The notes under the pieces are model-generated. The model did not search any database and was not told the DNA's origin. It saw only the letters and a program-made list of their open reading frames with translations. This document shows positions 32,399 through 43,090 of a stretch of 64,000 bases of DNA, piece by piece. The translations under genes were made by a program, and so were the position numbers. Source of the DNA: Terriglobia bacterium (GTDB lineage Bacteria > Acidobacteriota > Terriglobia > 20CM-2-55-15). The stretch's first letter is position 1, and the number at the start of each line of letters is the position of its first letter. The stretch is taken from the NCBI GenBank assembly GCA_965198225.1, contig CBDAOY010000008.1:1184001-1248000 (forward strand), given 5' to 3'.

Positions 32399-34183
32399 AT
32401 GAGCACGACCGCCTTGCCCACGATCGATCCAGTTACGGCCCAGGTCGTCCGGGGCGCCCTGGAGCACATCGCCATCGAGATGGGACACAAGCTGACCCGG
32501 ATGTCGTACTCGAGCATCATCCGGGAATCCGAAGACTTCGGCGCCGCGCTGGTCGACGTCAACTGCCAGCAGCTTTGCGAATCGGTGTTCAGCACACCGC
32601 TCCAGCTGGGTCCCATTTCAGGCTACGTCCGCGGCATCCAGAGGATCTTCCAGATGCGTGGCGACGAGTTCTATCCCGGTGACGTCATCATCCACAATTC
32701 GCCCTACTACGGAGCGTCCCATGGGCCGGACATCGCCTTCTGCGTCCCCGTCTTCAGCGACGGCGAACTGATCGGGTTTTCCCTCACCACGGCACATCAC
32801 CTCGACATTGGCGCTCTCGTGCCGGGCAGTTGCGGCATCGTCGACGCGGTCGACGCATACGCCGAAGGTCTCCAGTTCAAGGGGATCAAGGTCTTCGAGC
32901 GCGGTGTCCGCAATCAGCACTTCTGGAATTTCCTCTCCGACAACGTCCGTGCCGCCGACATGGTGCTCGGCGACATGGAGGCCCAGATCGCGGCCTGCCG
33001 GATCGGGGCCGATCGGTACCTCGACCTGGTCCGCGAATACGGGATGGATACCGTGCTGGCGGCCAGTGACGATCTGATGGAGTACTCGGAAAGAGTACTC
33101 CGCCAGGAAATCGAAAAACTCCAGGACGGAACCTACTACGCCGAGGGGTTCTTCGATGGATTCCTGGACAGCCCGGATCCGTCCAAGAAAGACCTGAAGA
33201 TTGCCGTCACGCTCAAGATCGACGGCAGCGACCTCTACATCGACCTGACCGGTTCCTCCCCCCAGATCGACGACCGGCCGATCAACATGCCGCTCGAAGG
33301 CACGGTGTGCGTCGCCGTGTATCTCATCGTACGTTCGATACTGCTCGACACCGAATACCACGAATACGTGCCGCAGAACTCCGGCCTCACCCGCCCGATA
33401 CATATCCACGCACCGAAAGGGTCGATCTGCAATCCGAAATTCCCCGCCCCGACGATCGCACGCTTCTGCCCCGGCAACGTCGTCGCCGACACGATCATGC
33501 GCGCCCTGACCCAGGTCGTCCCCGAACAGGTCGGGGCCGGCGTTGGAAACCTGAAGGTGATCGCATACAGCGGTCTGGTCGACGAAAACTACTGGGTCTA
33601 CATGGACATCACCGAAGGCGCTTACGGCGGTCGTTACGGTAAGGACGGCCTGGACTGCGTCGATACGCTGTACGCCAACACCCGGAACAATCCCATCGAA
33701 GACATCGAGTCGCACTACCCGCTGCGTGTAAACCGTTACGAACTGCGGGAAGACAAGTGTGGGGCCGGAAAGTGGCGGGGTGGACTGGGTTCGATCCGCG
33801 ACGTCATGTTCACGACCGACGGCAGGATGTCGCTCGAGGGGGACGGCCACAAGTTTGCGCCCTGGGGAATATTCGACGGGAAAGAAGGCACGCCGGGGGC
33901 GTTGATTCTGAATCCGGCCGGCGAAGAAACTTCGCTGCCGTCAAAGATCAGCGATCGACGGGCAAAGAAGGGAGACACGTTCCGCACGATCAGCCCCTGC
34001 GGCGGGGGTTACGGCAATCCGCTGGAGCGGGACGTGAGCGCGGTTCTCGACGACGTGCTCGACGGATTCATTTCACGCGAGAGCGCCCGAAAATACGGCG
34101 TGGTGATAACCGAGGACCTGAAGATCGATGAGGAGGGCACCGCAAGAATGCGGGCCCGGCCCCAACCTCCCCCGTCGGCCTGA
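32399..34183 (+). CDS. hyuB: Hydantoinase B / oxoprolinase subunit
   Basis: IDPVT, SSIIRESEDF, NSPYYGASHGPD, HHLDIG, GAGKWRGGLG, GGGYGNPLER. Confidence 0.92.
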   Translation: MSTTALPTIDPVTAQVVRGALEHIAIEMGHKLTRMSYSSIIRESEDFGAALVDVNCQQLCESVFSTPLQLGPISGYVRGIQRIFQMRGDEFYPGDVIIHNSPYYGASHGPDIAFCVPVFSDGELIGFSLTTAHHLDIGALVPGSCGIVDAVDAYAEGLQFKGIKVFERGVRNQHFWNFLSDNVRAADMVLGDMEAQIAACRIGADRYLDLVREYGMDTVLAASDDLMEYSERVLRQEIEKLQDGTYYAEGFFDGFLDSPDPSKKDLKIAVTLKIDGSDLYIDLTGSSPQIDDRPINMPLEGTVCVAVYLIVRSILLDTEYHEYVPQNSGLTRPIHIHAPKGSICNPKFPAPTIARFCPGNVVADTIMRALTQVVPEQVGAGVGNLKVIAYSGLVDENYWVYMDITEGAYGGRYGKDGLDCVDTLYANTRNNPIEDIESHYPLRVNRYELREDKCGAGKWRGGLGSIRDVMFTTDGRMSLEGDGHKFAPWGIFDGKEGTPGALILNPAGEETSLPSKISDRRAKKGDTFRTISPCGGGYGNPLERDVSAVLDDVLDGFISRESARKYGVVITEDLKIDEEGTARMRARPQPPPSA

Positions 34184-34220
34184 GGCGCTCGACCGGCAGG
34201 ATCTGGCGATCAGCTCAACC

Positions 34221-35006
34221 TTATCGCTCGCAACGGACCGAGACCATCTCCATCGAAGTAATGTCGATGCGTTCCCTGTTGGGCTGTCGGATGACGTAGC
34301 CCTTCGTCTGCATCTTCTGGCCCGAGTAGGAGTCGAGATCGAAGTCGGATCCGAGATAATCGACGTTCTGCAACCGGAACGTCTGATTTCCGAGTTCCCT
34401 CACCAATGCGTGGTCCAACTCTTTCGGGGTTGAGGTGTTCGACGTGTCCGTCCGGACCGGCTCACCAGCCGAGGCCAGTTTCCATCCGGCTCCATCCGGA
34501 GCAAGGCATCCGACGACCTGAATGAGCGCCCCGCTGGGGACCGGGCGAGGCCCATCCTTTCGCTCAATCTGAATGCTCTCGACAACATCCAAGGTGAGTT
34601 CCTCCTCGCCAGCCGGAAACAGATTCGACTTGAAGAGGTGGGCGACGATGTCGAGGTAGGCTTGATCGGTCAAGCTCCCGGGGTCACGTCGCGGCATGCT
34701 GGCTTTGATGAAGCTAAACAGGCTCTCCGCGTCATATTCGCGCCAACGTTCGAGAAAGGCGGGTCCGATCATGCGGGCATCCGGGTTGAGAACATCGACG
34801 TCCACGGTGTGGCAGCGAAGACAATTGGCATCGAATTCGGCCAGTCCGCGCGCCGCCTGAGTTTCGGTAAAGACAGAGCTCCAGACTGTTTTGTATTCGC
34901 CAGGCTTGAGGCCCGGGGCTGCCTGCGCTTCCAGAGTCGCCGGAAGAGCCAGGGTGCCAGCCAGAATCAACGGGGAAATCACGAGAATCGCAAATCTATT
35001 GCGCAT
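34221..35006 (-). CDS. Periplasmic monoheme cytochrome c with an extra C-terminal domain
   Basis: Signal peptide MRNRFAILVIS...; VW..VFT..QA.RG, CLRCH heme motif, distal Met in SMP, VVGCL second domain. Confidence 0.8.
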   Translation of the reverse strand: MRNRFAILVISPLILAGTLALPATLEAQAAPGLKPGEYKTVWSSVFTETQAARGLAEFDANCLRCHTVDVDVLNPDARMIGPAFLERWREYDAESLFSFIKASMPRRDPGSLTDQAYLDIVAHLFKSNLFPAGEEELTLDVVESIQIERKDGPRPVPSGALIQVVGCLAPDGAGWKLASAGEPVRTDTSNTSTPKELDHALVRELGNQTFRLQNVDYLGSDFDLDSYSGQKMQTKGYVIRQPNRERIDITSMEMVSVRCER

Positions 35007-35288
35007 GCTGCTCACACATCCTATTCGGTATCGGAGTCTCGACAAGCAGAGCGAGAACAAGGCCGCCGTTTTTTTCTCCCGACTCCAATCTGCGAAGCCG
35101 GACAGGCTAACAACTCTCCAGGCCCGCCGGGGTGTTCGGCTGTGGAACGTCGTTCCCACTACCGGACGCCTTCAGGCTTCGAAAAATCCCCCGCGCCCGC
35201 CTCAATCCACTTATATTCAATGGGTTATAACACGAACCGTTTTGGAAAGCGACGTGTTTACCATCGTACTTGGAACAAAGGGGGTTCT

Positions 35289-35582
35289 ATGGCCGTAAAC
35301 ACACCCGAAATGATTACCCTCCGGAGATCCGGTTATCGCACGGTTGCGCTCGGGCACGAGATTGGTGCCGGGGCAATCGAAGTCGGTACGGCCATCGAAA
35401 ACGCTGCTAAGGCATGGGCGGATGCCCGTCACCCGGGTTTCTACGACATCATCACGCCGGGCGGGTGCTATTACGTTCACATTTTTGAGCCGGGCCGGAC
35501 GATCTATGTCATCGCAGCCATCGGCAACGGCTGTCCGGAAAGAGCGTCCGGACTTCGCCCGGACCTCAGACTGGCTTCGTAG
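35289..35582 (+). CDS. Small hypothetical protein (97 aa)
   Basis: ATG after AAAGGGGG; plausible globular sequence (..GFYDI....CYYVHI....IYVIA); directly upstream of the first permease. Confidence 0.45.
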   Translation: MAVNTPEMITLRRSGYRTVALGHEIGAGAIEVGTAIENAAKAWADARHPGFYDIITPGGCYYVHIFEPGRTIYVIAAIGNGCPERASGLRPDLRLAS

Positions 35583-35609
35583 GTCAACAATCCGCAAGGA
35601 AAGTCAGGT

Positions 35610-38081
35610 ATGGAAAATTTTTACACGGACATTCGATACGGACTACGAACCCTGGCGAAGAGTCCCGGGTTCACGATCGTCGCCACGCTCATTCTAGCCC
35701 TCGGGATCGGAGCAACGACTGCCATCTTTACCCTCGTCAACGGCATTTTCCTGAAGCCGCTGCCGCTCCCGAACACAGAGGGGCTGACCTCCGTCTACAC
35801 GACCGACGAGAAGAACCCCGGTTTTCTGTCGGTCTCCGGGCAGAACTACCAGGACTTCCGGGACGAGAACGAAGTGTTTTCAAACCTGGTCGCCTACACC
35901 CAGATGATTTTCAACATCGGGACGCGGGACGAACCGGCTCAGGCGTTGGGTGAAATTGTTACAGGCAATTACTTTGAAACGCTCGACTTGACACCCGCAC
36001 TGGGACGGCTGATTCAGCCCGAAGACGACGAGATTCCTGGCGAGAGCCCCGTCGTCGTCTTGTCTTACAAGACATGGCAGAATCGGTTCGGCTCCGACCC
36101 CGGAGTCGTCGGCACCGAGATCAGGCTCAACGGGACCCCGCTCACGATCATCGGGGTCGCCGAACAGGGCTTCGAAGGGCTGGGTTTCGGTGTCAGTCAG
36201 GAGCTCTGGGTCCCCACGATGATGTATCAGCAGGTCCACCCGACGCCCGACCTCATCTGGGACGAGCGACGCGCGATCGTTTTCGCCGTAGTCGGGCGCC
36301 TGAAGCCGGGTGTGACGCTTCAACAGGCGGAATCGAACATGCAGGCGATCGCCTCCGCGCTCGAAGAGCAGTACCCGCTCCCGAACGAAGGCCGAAACGT
36401 GATCCTGGAACCTCTGTCCCGACTCAACCCCGGCTTCCGGCCAACGATGGCCCTGGCCGGGGGGTTGTTGATCGCCCTCTCCGGACTGGTTCTCGCGATC
36501 GCCTCGGCCAACATCGCAAACCTTCTCCTGGTTCGGGCGACCGCACGAAAGCGGGAGATCGCGGTGCGCCTTTCGCTCGGCGCGGGCCGCGTGCGACTCA
36601 TCCGTCAGCTCCTGACCGAGAGTTTCGTGCTGGCTGCGATCGGGGGCACGGGCGGCCTGCTGATCGCAGTGTGGGTGCGCGATCTCATCTTTTCGCTGAC
36701 GCCACCCCTGCCGTTCCAGCCGAGCATGGACATGAGCCTGGACGCACGGGTTCTCGGGTTCGCGGCGTTTATCTCGCTGTTGGGCGGGCTTTTCTTCGGC
36801 CTCGTCCCGGCGATCCAGGCATCCCGCCCGGATCTTTCGAGCGAGCTCAAGAGCGGCCAACAGAAGGAAGGTTCGATCCGGAAGTTCAGCCCGCGGAACA
36901 TCCTCGTCGTGGCTCAGGTTTCGCTGTCCTTGATCGCTCTCATCTCGGCCGGTCTCCTGATGCGCAGCTTCCAGAACACTCTGTTGATCGACCCCGGATT
37001 CCGCACCGACGACGTACTGACCGTCACTCTCGGAATGACAGACAACCGGTACCTGCAGGAGACCACCGGACAGGACTTCTACCGGCAACTGCAGGAAGAA
37101 GTCCGGGCAGTGCCCGGCGTCGTCACCGCAGATCTCGGGACCCACATGCCGATGTTCTTCGGCGGGTTCCGGCGGACGGTGTTCATCGACGGTCGGGATG
37201 CCGGCGAAGCGGAGGACGGAATACTCGTTGGTACGAGCACGGTCGGGCCGAAGTATCTCGAAGCGATGGGTATCTCGTTGCTACGAGGACGCGACTTCAG
37301 CCGTGTGCAACCGAAGGCGACAAGCAACAGCGTCGGTCCGGACTACGTGATTGTCAACGAGACGATGGCGGAGCGGTTCTGGCCCGGAGAAGAAGCATTG
37401 GGGCGACGCTTCACCTTCTACGGCGACGACGCGCCGGTGGAGATCATCGGCATCGCCGCCGACGCGAAGTACAACCAACTGGCGGAAGATGCGCAGCCTT
37501 ACGCCTACCTGCCCTTGCTGCAGAGCTACCGCGACGCAAAGGTCGTCATGAATCTGTTCGTGAACACCCAGGGCGCGCCGACCACCGTCGCCGGCGACGT
37601 CGGGACGGTCATCAGGCAGCTCGACCCGAATCTCCCGATCACGGGCGTCGCGCCCATGGAAGAGGTGCTCAACCGCTCGATGTGGCTCCCCCGGATAGGC
37701 GCCTGGCTCGTGGCGGTTTTCGGCGGCCTCGCGCTGTTCCTTGCCGGGATCGGCGTCTACGGAGTGATTTCGTTCTCGGTCAGCCAGCGCACGCACGAGA
37801 TCGGTCTGAGGATGGCCCTGGGCGCCCGATCCGCCGACGCGATGAAACTGGTCGTGAAACAGGGGCTGACCCTGTCGGTGATCGGTGTCGTGATCGGCGT
37901 GCTGGTGTCGATCGGAATCACGCGAGTGATGAGTACGTTCCTGGTCGGGGTGGACGCGCTCGACCCGACCGTGTTCGGGGGAGTGGCCCTGACCCTGGCC
38001 GCCGTTTCGATGCTGGCGTCCTACATCCCGGCGTTGCGGGCCACGAGAGTGGACCCCGTCACAGCGCTACGATTTGAGTGA
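35610..38081 (+). CDS. ADOP-type duplicated MacB/FtsX ABC permease (orphan), copy 1
   Basis: DIRYGLRTL.KSPGFT..A.L.LALGIGATTAIF; two periplasmic + FtsX repeats (R.REIAVRLSLGA; QRTHEIGLRMALGA); PA.RA..VDP..ALR.E terminus. Confidence 0.92.
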   Translation: MENFYTDIRYGLRTLAKSPGFTIVATLILALGIGATTAIFTLVNGIFLKPLPLPNTEGLTSVYTTDEKNPGFLSVSGQNYQDFRDENEVFSNLVAYTQMIFNIGTRDEPAQALGEIVTGNYFETLDLTPALGRLIQPEDDEIPGESPVVVLSYKTWQNRFGSDPGVVGTEIRLNGTPLTIIGVAEQGFEGLGFGVSQELWVPTMMYQQVHPTPDLIWDERRAIVFAVVGRLKPGVTLQQAESNMQAIASALEEQYPLPNEGRNVILEPLSRLNPGFRPTMALAGGLLIALSGLVLAIASANIANLLLVRATARKREIAVRLSLGAGRVRLIRQLLTESFVLAAIGGTGGLLIAVWVRDLIFSLTPPLPFQPSMDMSLDARVLGFAAFISLLGGLFFGLVPAIQASRPDLSSELKSGQQKEGSIRKFSPRNILVVAQVSLSLIALISAGLLMRSFQNTLLIDPGFRTDDVLTVTLGMTDNRYLQETTGQDFYRQLQEEVRAVPGVVTADLGTHMPMFFGGFRRTVFIDGRDAGEAEDGILVGTSTVGPKYLEAMGISLLRGRDFSRVQPKATSNSVGPDYVIVNETMAERFWPGEEALGRRFTFYGDDAPVEIIGIAADAKYNQLAEDAQPYAYLPLLQSYRDAKVVMNLFVNTQGAPTTVAGDVGTVIRQLDPNLPITGVAPMEEVLNRSMWLPRIGAWLVAVFGGLALFLAGIGVYGVISFSVSQRTHEIGLRMALGARSADAMKLVVKQGLTLSVIGVVIGVLVSIGITRVMSTFLVGVDALDPTVFGGVALTLAAVSMLASYIPALRATRVDPVTALRFE

Positions 38082-38205
38082 CTGGGTTTCGGGCGCACGC
38101 ACCGAAAGCTCGTCTTAAAAGGCTGAAGGACTCGGAAAGTAACATTGCCTCACGGCATTCCGAGCTCACAGGGCCAACAATCCTCCTTAAGCGAGGCTGT
38201 CAGGA

Positions 38206-40678
38206 ATGGAAAACTTCTACAGGGATGTCCGATACGGACTACGAACCCTGGCCAAGAGCCCCGGGTTCACGATCGTCGCTGCGCTCATCCTGGCTCTCGG
38301 CATTGGCGCAACGACGGCCATCTTCACCCTCGTCAACGGGATTTTCCTGAAGCCGATGCCGGTCCAGGATGCCGAGGGCCTGATGTCGGTCTACACAACC
38401 GACGAAAAGAACCCCGGTTTTCGTCAGGTGTCCGGCGAGAACTACAAGGACTATCGCGATGAGAACGAGGTTTTCTCCGACCTCGCCCGCCTACACCCAA
38501 TTGCTGTACAACATGGGCAGCCTGGATGAGCCCACTCAGGTCCTGGGCGAACTCGTAACCGCCAACTACTTCGACGTACTGGGTGTCGGGCCTGCTCTGG
38601 GACGGCTGATCCTGCCCGAGGAGGACCAGACTCCGGGAACGCACCCCGTCGCCGTCCTCAGCCACAGAGCCTGGGAGAACCGTTTTGGATCTGATCCGGG
38701 CGTGATCGGCCAGGAGATCACGGTGAATGGAACGCCTCTGACGATCATAGGCGTGGCCGAAGAGGGGTTCGACGGGCTCACTCTGGCGATCAGCCAGGAA
38801 GTCTGGGTTCCCTATATGATGTTCGCTCAGGTCCACCCGACACCGGACCTGGTGGCCGACCGCCGGGCGATCCTCTTCAACGTCGTCGGTAAGCTGAAAC
38901 CAGGTGTCACGCGCGAGCAGGCCGAATCGAACATGCAGGCTATCGGTACGGCTCTCGCCGAGCAGTATCCCACCCCCAACGAAGGCCGCAACGTGACGTT
39001 GGATCCCCTCTCACGGCTGGGCCCGGCCTTCCGATCGACGCTTGCGCTCGCGGCGGGACTGCTGATTGCGATCTCGGGACTCGTCCTGGCCATCGCCTCG
39101 GCAAACATCGCGAATCTGCTCCTGGTTCGTGCGGCAGCCAGAAGAAGGGAGATTGCCGTACGGCTCTCTCTTGGGGCGGGTCGCATCCGCCTGATTCGCC
39201 AACTCCTGACCGAGAGTTTCGTCCTGGCCGCGATCGGAGGGATCGGCGGTCTGGTGCTTGCGCTCTGGACCCGAGACCTGCTTTGGTCTCTGGTCCCAGC
39301 CACCCCTCCGGTCCAGCTCACCCTCGATGCCAGTCTGGACGGCCGGGTCATCGGCTTCGCCGCGCTCGTCTCGCTCGCAGGTGGGCTCTTCTTCGGCCTC
39401 GTTCCGGCGATTCAATCTTCGAGGCCGGATCTTTCGACAGAACTCAAGAGCGGCCAGCAGAAAGAGGGATCGATCCGGAGATTCAGCCCGCGGAACATCC
39501 TCGTGATCGCACAGGTGTCACTATCGCTGGTCGCGTTGATTTCGGCGGGACTGCTGATGCGGAGCTTCCAGAACACTCTCGACATCGACCCCGGCTTCCG
39601 CACCGAAGACGTCCTGACAGTCTCGTTCAACCTGAACGATAATCGTTACCTGGAAGAAGCCATGGGCCAGGACCTCGTGCGCCGCCTCCGGGAGGAAGTG
39701 ACGTCTGTTCCGGGCGTGTTGAATGCCGACGTCGGCAGCGCGATGCCGATGTTTTTCCCGGGTATGGGCCGGACCGTTTTCATCGAGGGCAGGGATGCCG
39801 GTGAGGCCGAAGACGGCATTCTCGTCAGCACCAGTACCGTGGGGCCGAAGTACTTGGAGGCGATGGGCATAGAGCTCCTTCGAGGGCGGGATTTCAGTCG
39901 CGTCGAGGAAAAGGAGACCAGCTCGGACATCGGGCCCGACTACGCCATCATCAATGAAACGATGGCTGAACGGTTCTGGCCTGGTGAAGATGCGCTCGGA
40001 AGACACTTCAGGTTTTACGGGGATGATCACACCGTCGAGGTCATCGGTATTGCAGCGACCACGAAGTACCTCCAGCTGGCGGAGCAACCACAACCCTTTG
40101 CTTATCTTCCGATTCAGCAGAGCTTTCGTGACATGAGGTTCGCGGTGAATCTGTTTGTCCGCACTGCGGGCGGTCCCACCAGCGTCGCCGGAGACGTGCG
40201 GAGCGTCATCCGGGAACTCGATCCCAATATCCCGATTACCAGCGTCCTCCCGATGACCGAGGTCGTCCATCGATCGATGCTGTTGGCCCGCATCGGGGCA
40301 GTGCTGGTCGCTGCCTTCGGGGGCCTTGCGCTGTTTCTCGCGGCGATCGGGGTTTACGGAGTGATTTCGTTCTCGGTCAGCCAGCGCACCCACGAGATCG
40401 GATTAAGAATGGCGTTGGGAGCCCGGTCGGCCGACGCGATGAAACTGGTCGTCAAGCAGGGGCTGGCTCTGACCTTGATCGGAATCGTGATCGGGGTCGC
40501 GGTGTCGATCGGCATCACTCGTGTGATGGCAACCTTTCTGGTTGGCATCGACGCGCTCGATCCGACGGTGTTCGGAGGAGTGGCCCTCACTCTGGCGGCC
40601 GTTTCCGTGCTGGCGTGTTACATCCCGGCGCTGCGGGCCACGAAGGTGGATCCCGTCACCGCGCTGAAGTTTGAGTGA
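38206..40678 (+). CDS. ADOP-type permease, tandem paralog; +1 frameshift at 38486-38488
   Basis: Colinear with copy 1. Removing one C from GCCC restores FSDLAAYTQL and joins ORFs 38206-38529 and 38459-40678. Confidence 0.88.
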
Positions 40679-40802
40679 ACAGGTCTTCGGTCACACCCGT
40701 CGAGGACCTGTCCCAAGAAGGCTGAAGGACTCGGAAAGCAACATCCCCCACACCATCCGGGGCCTTCGGCCTTTGTTGTTTTGAAGAAGTGACGGGTGAC
40801 AA

Positions 40803-40940
40803 GTGGCCAGTGACAAGTCGGATAGTGCTGGCGTTATGTTTCAGAGTTTCTGCAAAAAGGTCCTGAAATAGGAAAGGGCCAGGGTATCTCCGAAACAGAT
40901 GAACCGATGGCCCGACCTCAGATTAAGCGAAAGGGAGTGG
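40803..40940 (+). repeat. Gapped duplicate of the IS256 left junction (40937-41144)
   Basis: Contains GTGGCCAGTGACAAGT..GGATAG, GCTGGC, the first ~63 bp of the IS and AGATGAACCG...GGAGTGG, but lacks two internal blocks. Confidence 0.75.
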
Positions 40941-41005
40941 CCAGTGACAAGTTCGGATAGGAGCGCTTCGCTGTGAGCGATCGGCTCCTGGCTATCAGCT
41001 GGCAG

Positions 41006-42628
41006 GGTTATGTTTCAGAGTTTCTGCAAAAAGGTCCTGAAATAGGAAAGGGCCAGGGTATCTCCGAAAAGTTGGTAACGAATCAACTTTGAAACGAAGG
41101 AGATGAACCGATGGCCCGACCTCAGATTAAGCGAAAGGGAGTGGATTGGAAAGAACTGTTAGGAGAGGAAAAGGATTTGCTGAAAAGCGTCGTACAGGAG
41201 GTGGTTCAAGAGATTCTCGAGGCGGAGATGGACCAGGTCGTGGGCGCGGTCAAGAGTGAACGAACAGGGGGTCGCACCGGATATCGGAGTGGCTATTACG
41301 GACGGGACCTGGTCACACGGGTGGGCAAGCTGGAGTTGCGCGTGCCGCAGGACCGGGCCGGCCGGTTCAGTACGGAGGTGTTTGAACGCTACCAACGCAG
41401 CGAGAAAGCCTTGGTGGCCAGCTTGGCCGAGATGTACGTGCAGGGCGTGTCAACGCGCAAGGTGAAAGCCATCACCGAAGAACTATGCGGACATTCGTTT
41501 TCGGCCAGCACGATCAGCCGGATTAATCAGACTCTGGACAAGGAGCTGAAAAAGTTTGCAACGCGACGATTGGAGGAAGAATACCCGTACCTAATTTTGG
41601 ATGCGCGCTACGAGAAGGTGCGCGAAGACGGGGTCATCCGGAGCCGGGCGGTGCTGGTCGCGATCGGAATCAACTGGGACGGCCGGCGCGGTGTGTTGGC
41701 GGTGGAGCTGGCGGGACGGGAAAGCACGACCAGTTGGCGGCAACTGCTGCTGAGTTTAAAACAACGCGGCCTGTGCGGGGTGGAGTTCGTGGTGACCGAC
41801 GATCATCCGGGGTTGAAGAAAGCCATCGCGGAAGTCCTGACCGAAGCGATCTGGCAGCGCTGCTACGTGCACTTTCTCCGAAACGCATTGGATTATCTGC
41901 CGCGCAAAGGCGATGACGATTGCCTCCAGGAACTGCGTTGGCTCTACGATCGGCGGAACCTCCAGGAAGCGCGGCAGGACCTCGCGGCGTGGTTGAGCAA
42001 GTGGGGGCAGAAATATCCCAAACTCTGCGACTGGGTCGAAGACAACATCGACGAGACGCTGAGCTTCTACACGCTGCCGCTTCAGCATCACAAGCACATG
42101 AAATCCACCAATATGCTGGAACGGCTCAACGAAGAGATCAAGCGGCGAACGCGTGTGGTGCGGATATTCCCCAACGCGGCCAGCTGTCTGCGTTTGATTC
42201 GGGCACTGACCACCGAGATGCACGAGAACTGGATCGAAGCGATCCGTTATTTGAACATGGATCTGTTGAAGGAACACAAGAAGGACTGGCACCGTCAGAC
42301 GCCTGCCGCGTGAACGCGTCAAAACGGACCGACCCAAGGATCGGCTCGGAAGCCGATCGTCGATTACAGCGCATCCTGGAGCGAGGAATCTCTGTGGAAA
42401 ACTTTCAAAGGGCGAAAGAAAGAGAACCAAAAAAGAAAGAAAGGCAGAGGCCTGATGGAAATGACGCCTCAGAGGAAATCCGCAACAAGACGCGGATTCC
42501 CTCTGAGGCTTGGAAAAGCTTCGCCAAGAACGTTCAGCTTTCCCACATTCCCACAGGCCCGACGGCGATCAACACTCAAGAACTGACTTTTTCGGAAATA
42601 CTTTTTGCAGAACTTGACGCACACAACT
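41006..42628 (+). mobile_element. IS256-family insertion sequence, 1623 bp, with 8-bp TSD GCTGGCAG
   Basis: Imperfect 28-bp IRs sharing TTCTGCAAAAAG; GCTGGCAG at 40998-41005 and 42629-42636. Confidence 0.92.
41111..42313 (+). CDS. IS256-family (mutator) transposase
   Basis: RSGYY.R.L.TRVG.LEL.VPQDR, MYVQGVSTRKV, LDARYEKVR, WQRCYVHF.RN, STNMLERLNEEIKRR. Confidence 0.96.
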   Translation: MARPQIKRKGVDWKELLGEEKDLLKSVVQEVVQEILEAEMDQVVGAVKSERTGGRTGYRSGYYGRDLVTRVGKLELRVPQDRAGRFSTEVFERYQRSEKALVASLAEMYVQGVSTRKVKAITEELCGHSFSASTISRINQTLDKELKKFATRRLEEEYPYLILDARYEKVREDGVIRSRAVLVAIGINWDGRRGVLAVELAGRESTTSWRQLLLSLKQRGLCGVEFVVTDDHPGLKKAIAEVLTEAIWQRCYVHFLRNALDYLPRKGDDDCLQELRWLYDRRNLQEARQDLAAWLSKWGQKYPKLCDWVEDNIDETLSFYTLPLQHHKHMKSTNMLERLNEEIKRRTRVVRIFPNAASCLRLIRALTTEMHENWIEAIRYLNMDLLKEHKKDWHRQTPAA

Positions 42629-42843
42629 GCTGGCAGCATTGCGTCCCGAACAGCGACTGTTCCGACTTGGCACTCGTCCACGCGTCTCCACGCAGGGGCC
42701 GCAGGCTCCGGTCCAGGGTCGAAAAACTCGCTCCCCTCAGGCCGAGCCTACCAGATCGAACAAGCCGGGACGACCGGGTTCAACCGTGGTATCTTTCTCC
42801 ATTCCGTCACGAAAATCCAGCAACTACGGCAGAAAGGCAAAGA

Positions 42844-43009
42844 AATCAACAAGTTGATTCAGTCCGTTATCGACTTGTTTAATCAAGGCGGTGGTCCTGT
42901 TGTGGGCATTCTGTGGATAAACTGAGAGTCGGAAGAAGCGGATCGGGTTCTCGTCCTTTTCCCATCTGTGGAGAATCCACTGGGATTTGCGCGCATCGCT
43001 TGTGGATAA
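42844..43009. promoter_or_regulatory. DnaA-box cluster with an IHF consensus site
   Basis: Perfect TGTGGATAA at 42912-42920 and 43001-43009; 1-mismatch TGTGGAGAA at 42967-42975; AATCAACAAGTTG (WATCAANNNNTTR) at 42844-42856. Confidence 0.55.
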
Positions 43010-43090
43010 TTTCCGATCTTCAAATATGCTCTTGCTGCATCAGGAGGCTGCTGTCGCAAGCTCCCACGAGATGAACGCGGCCTTCACACC

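Noticed and set aside
36074-38077. Long alternative-frame or antisense ORFs (e.g. 36074-38077, 47347-49080, 4375-5643, 10025-11431, 23521-24819)
   Set aside because: They overlap well-supported genes and show no recognisable motifs; typical shadow ORFs of high-GC DNA.
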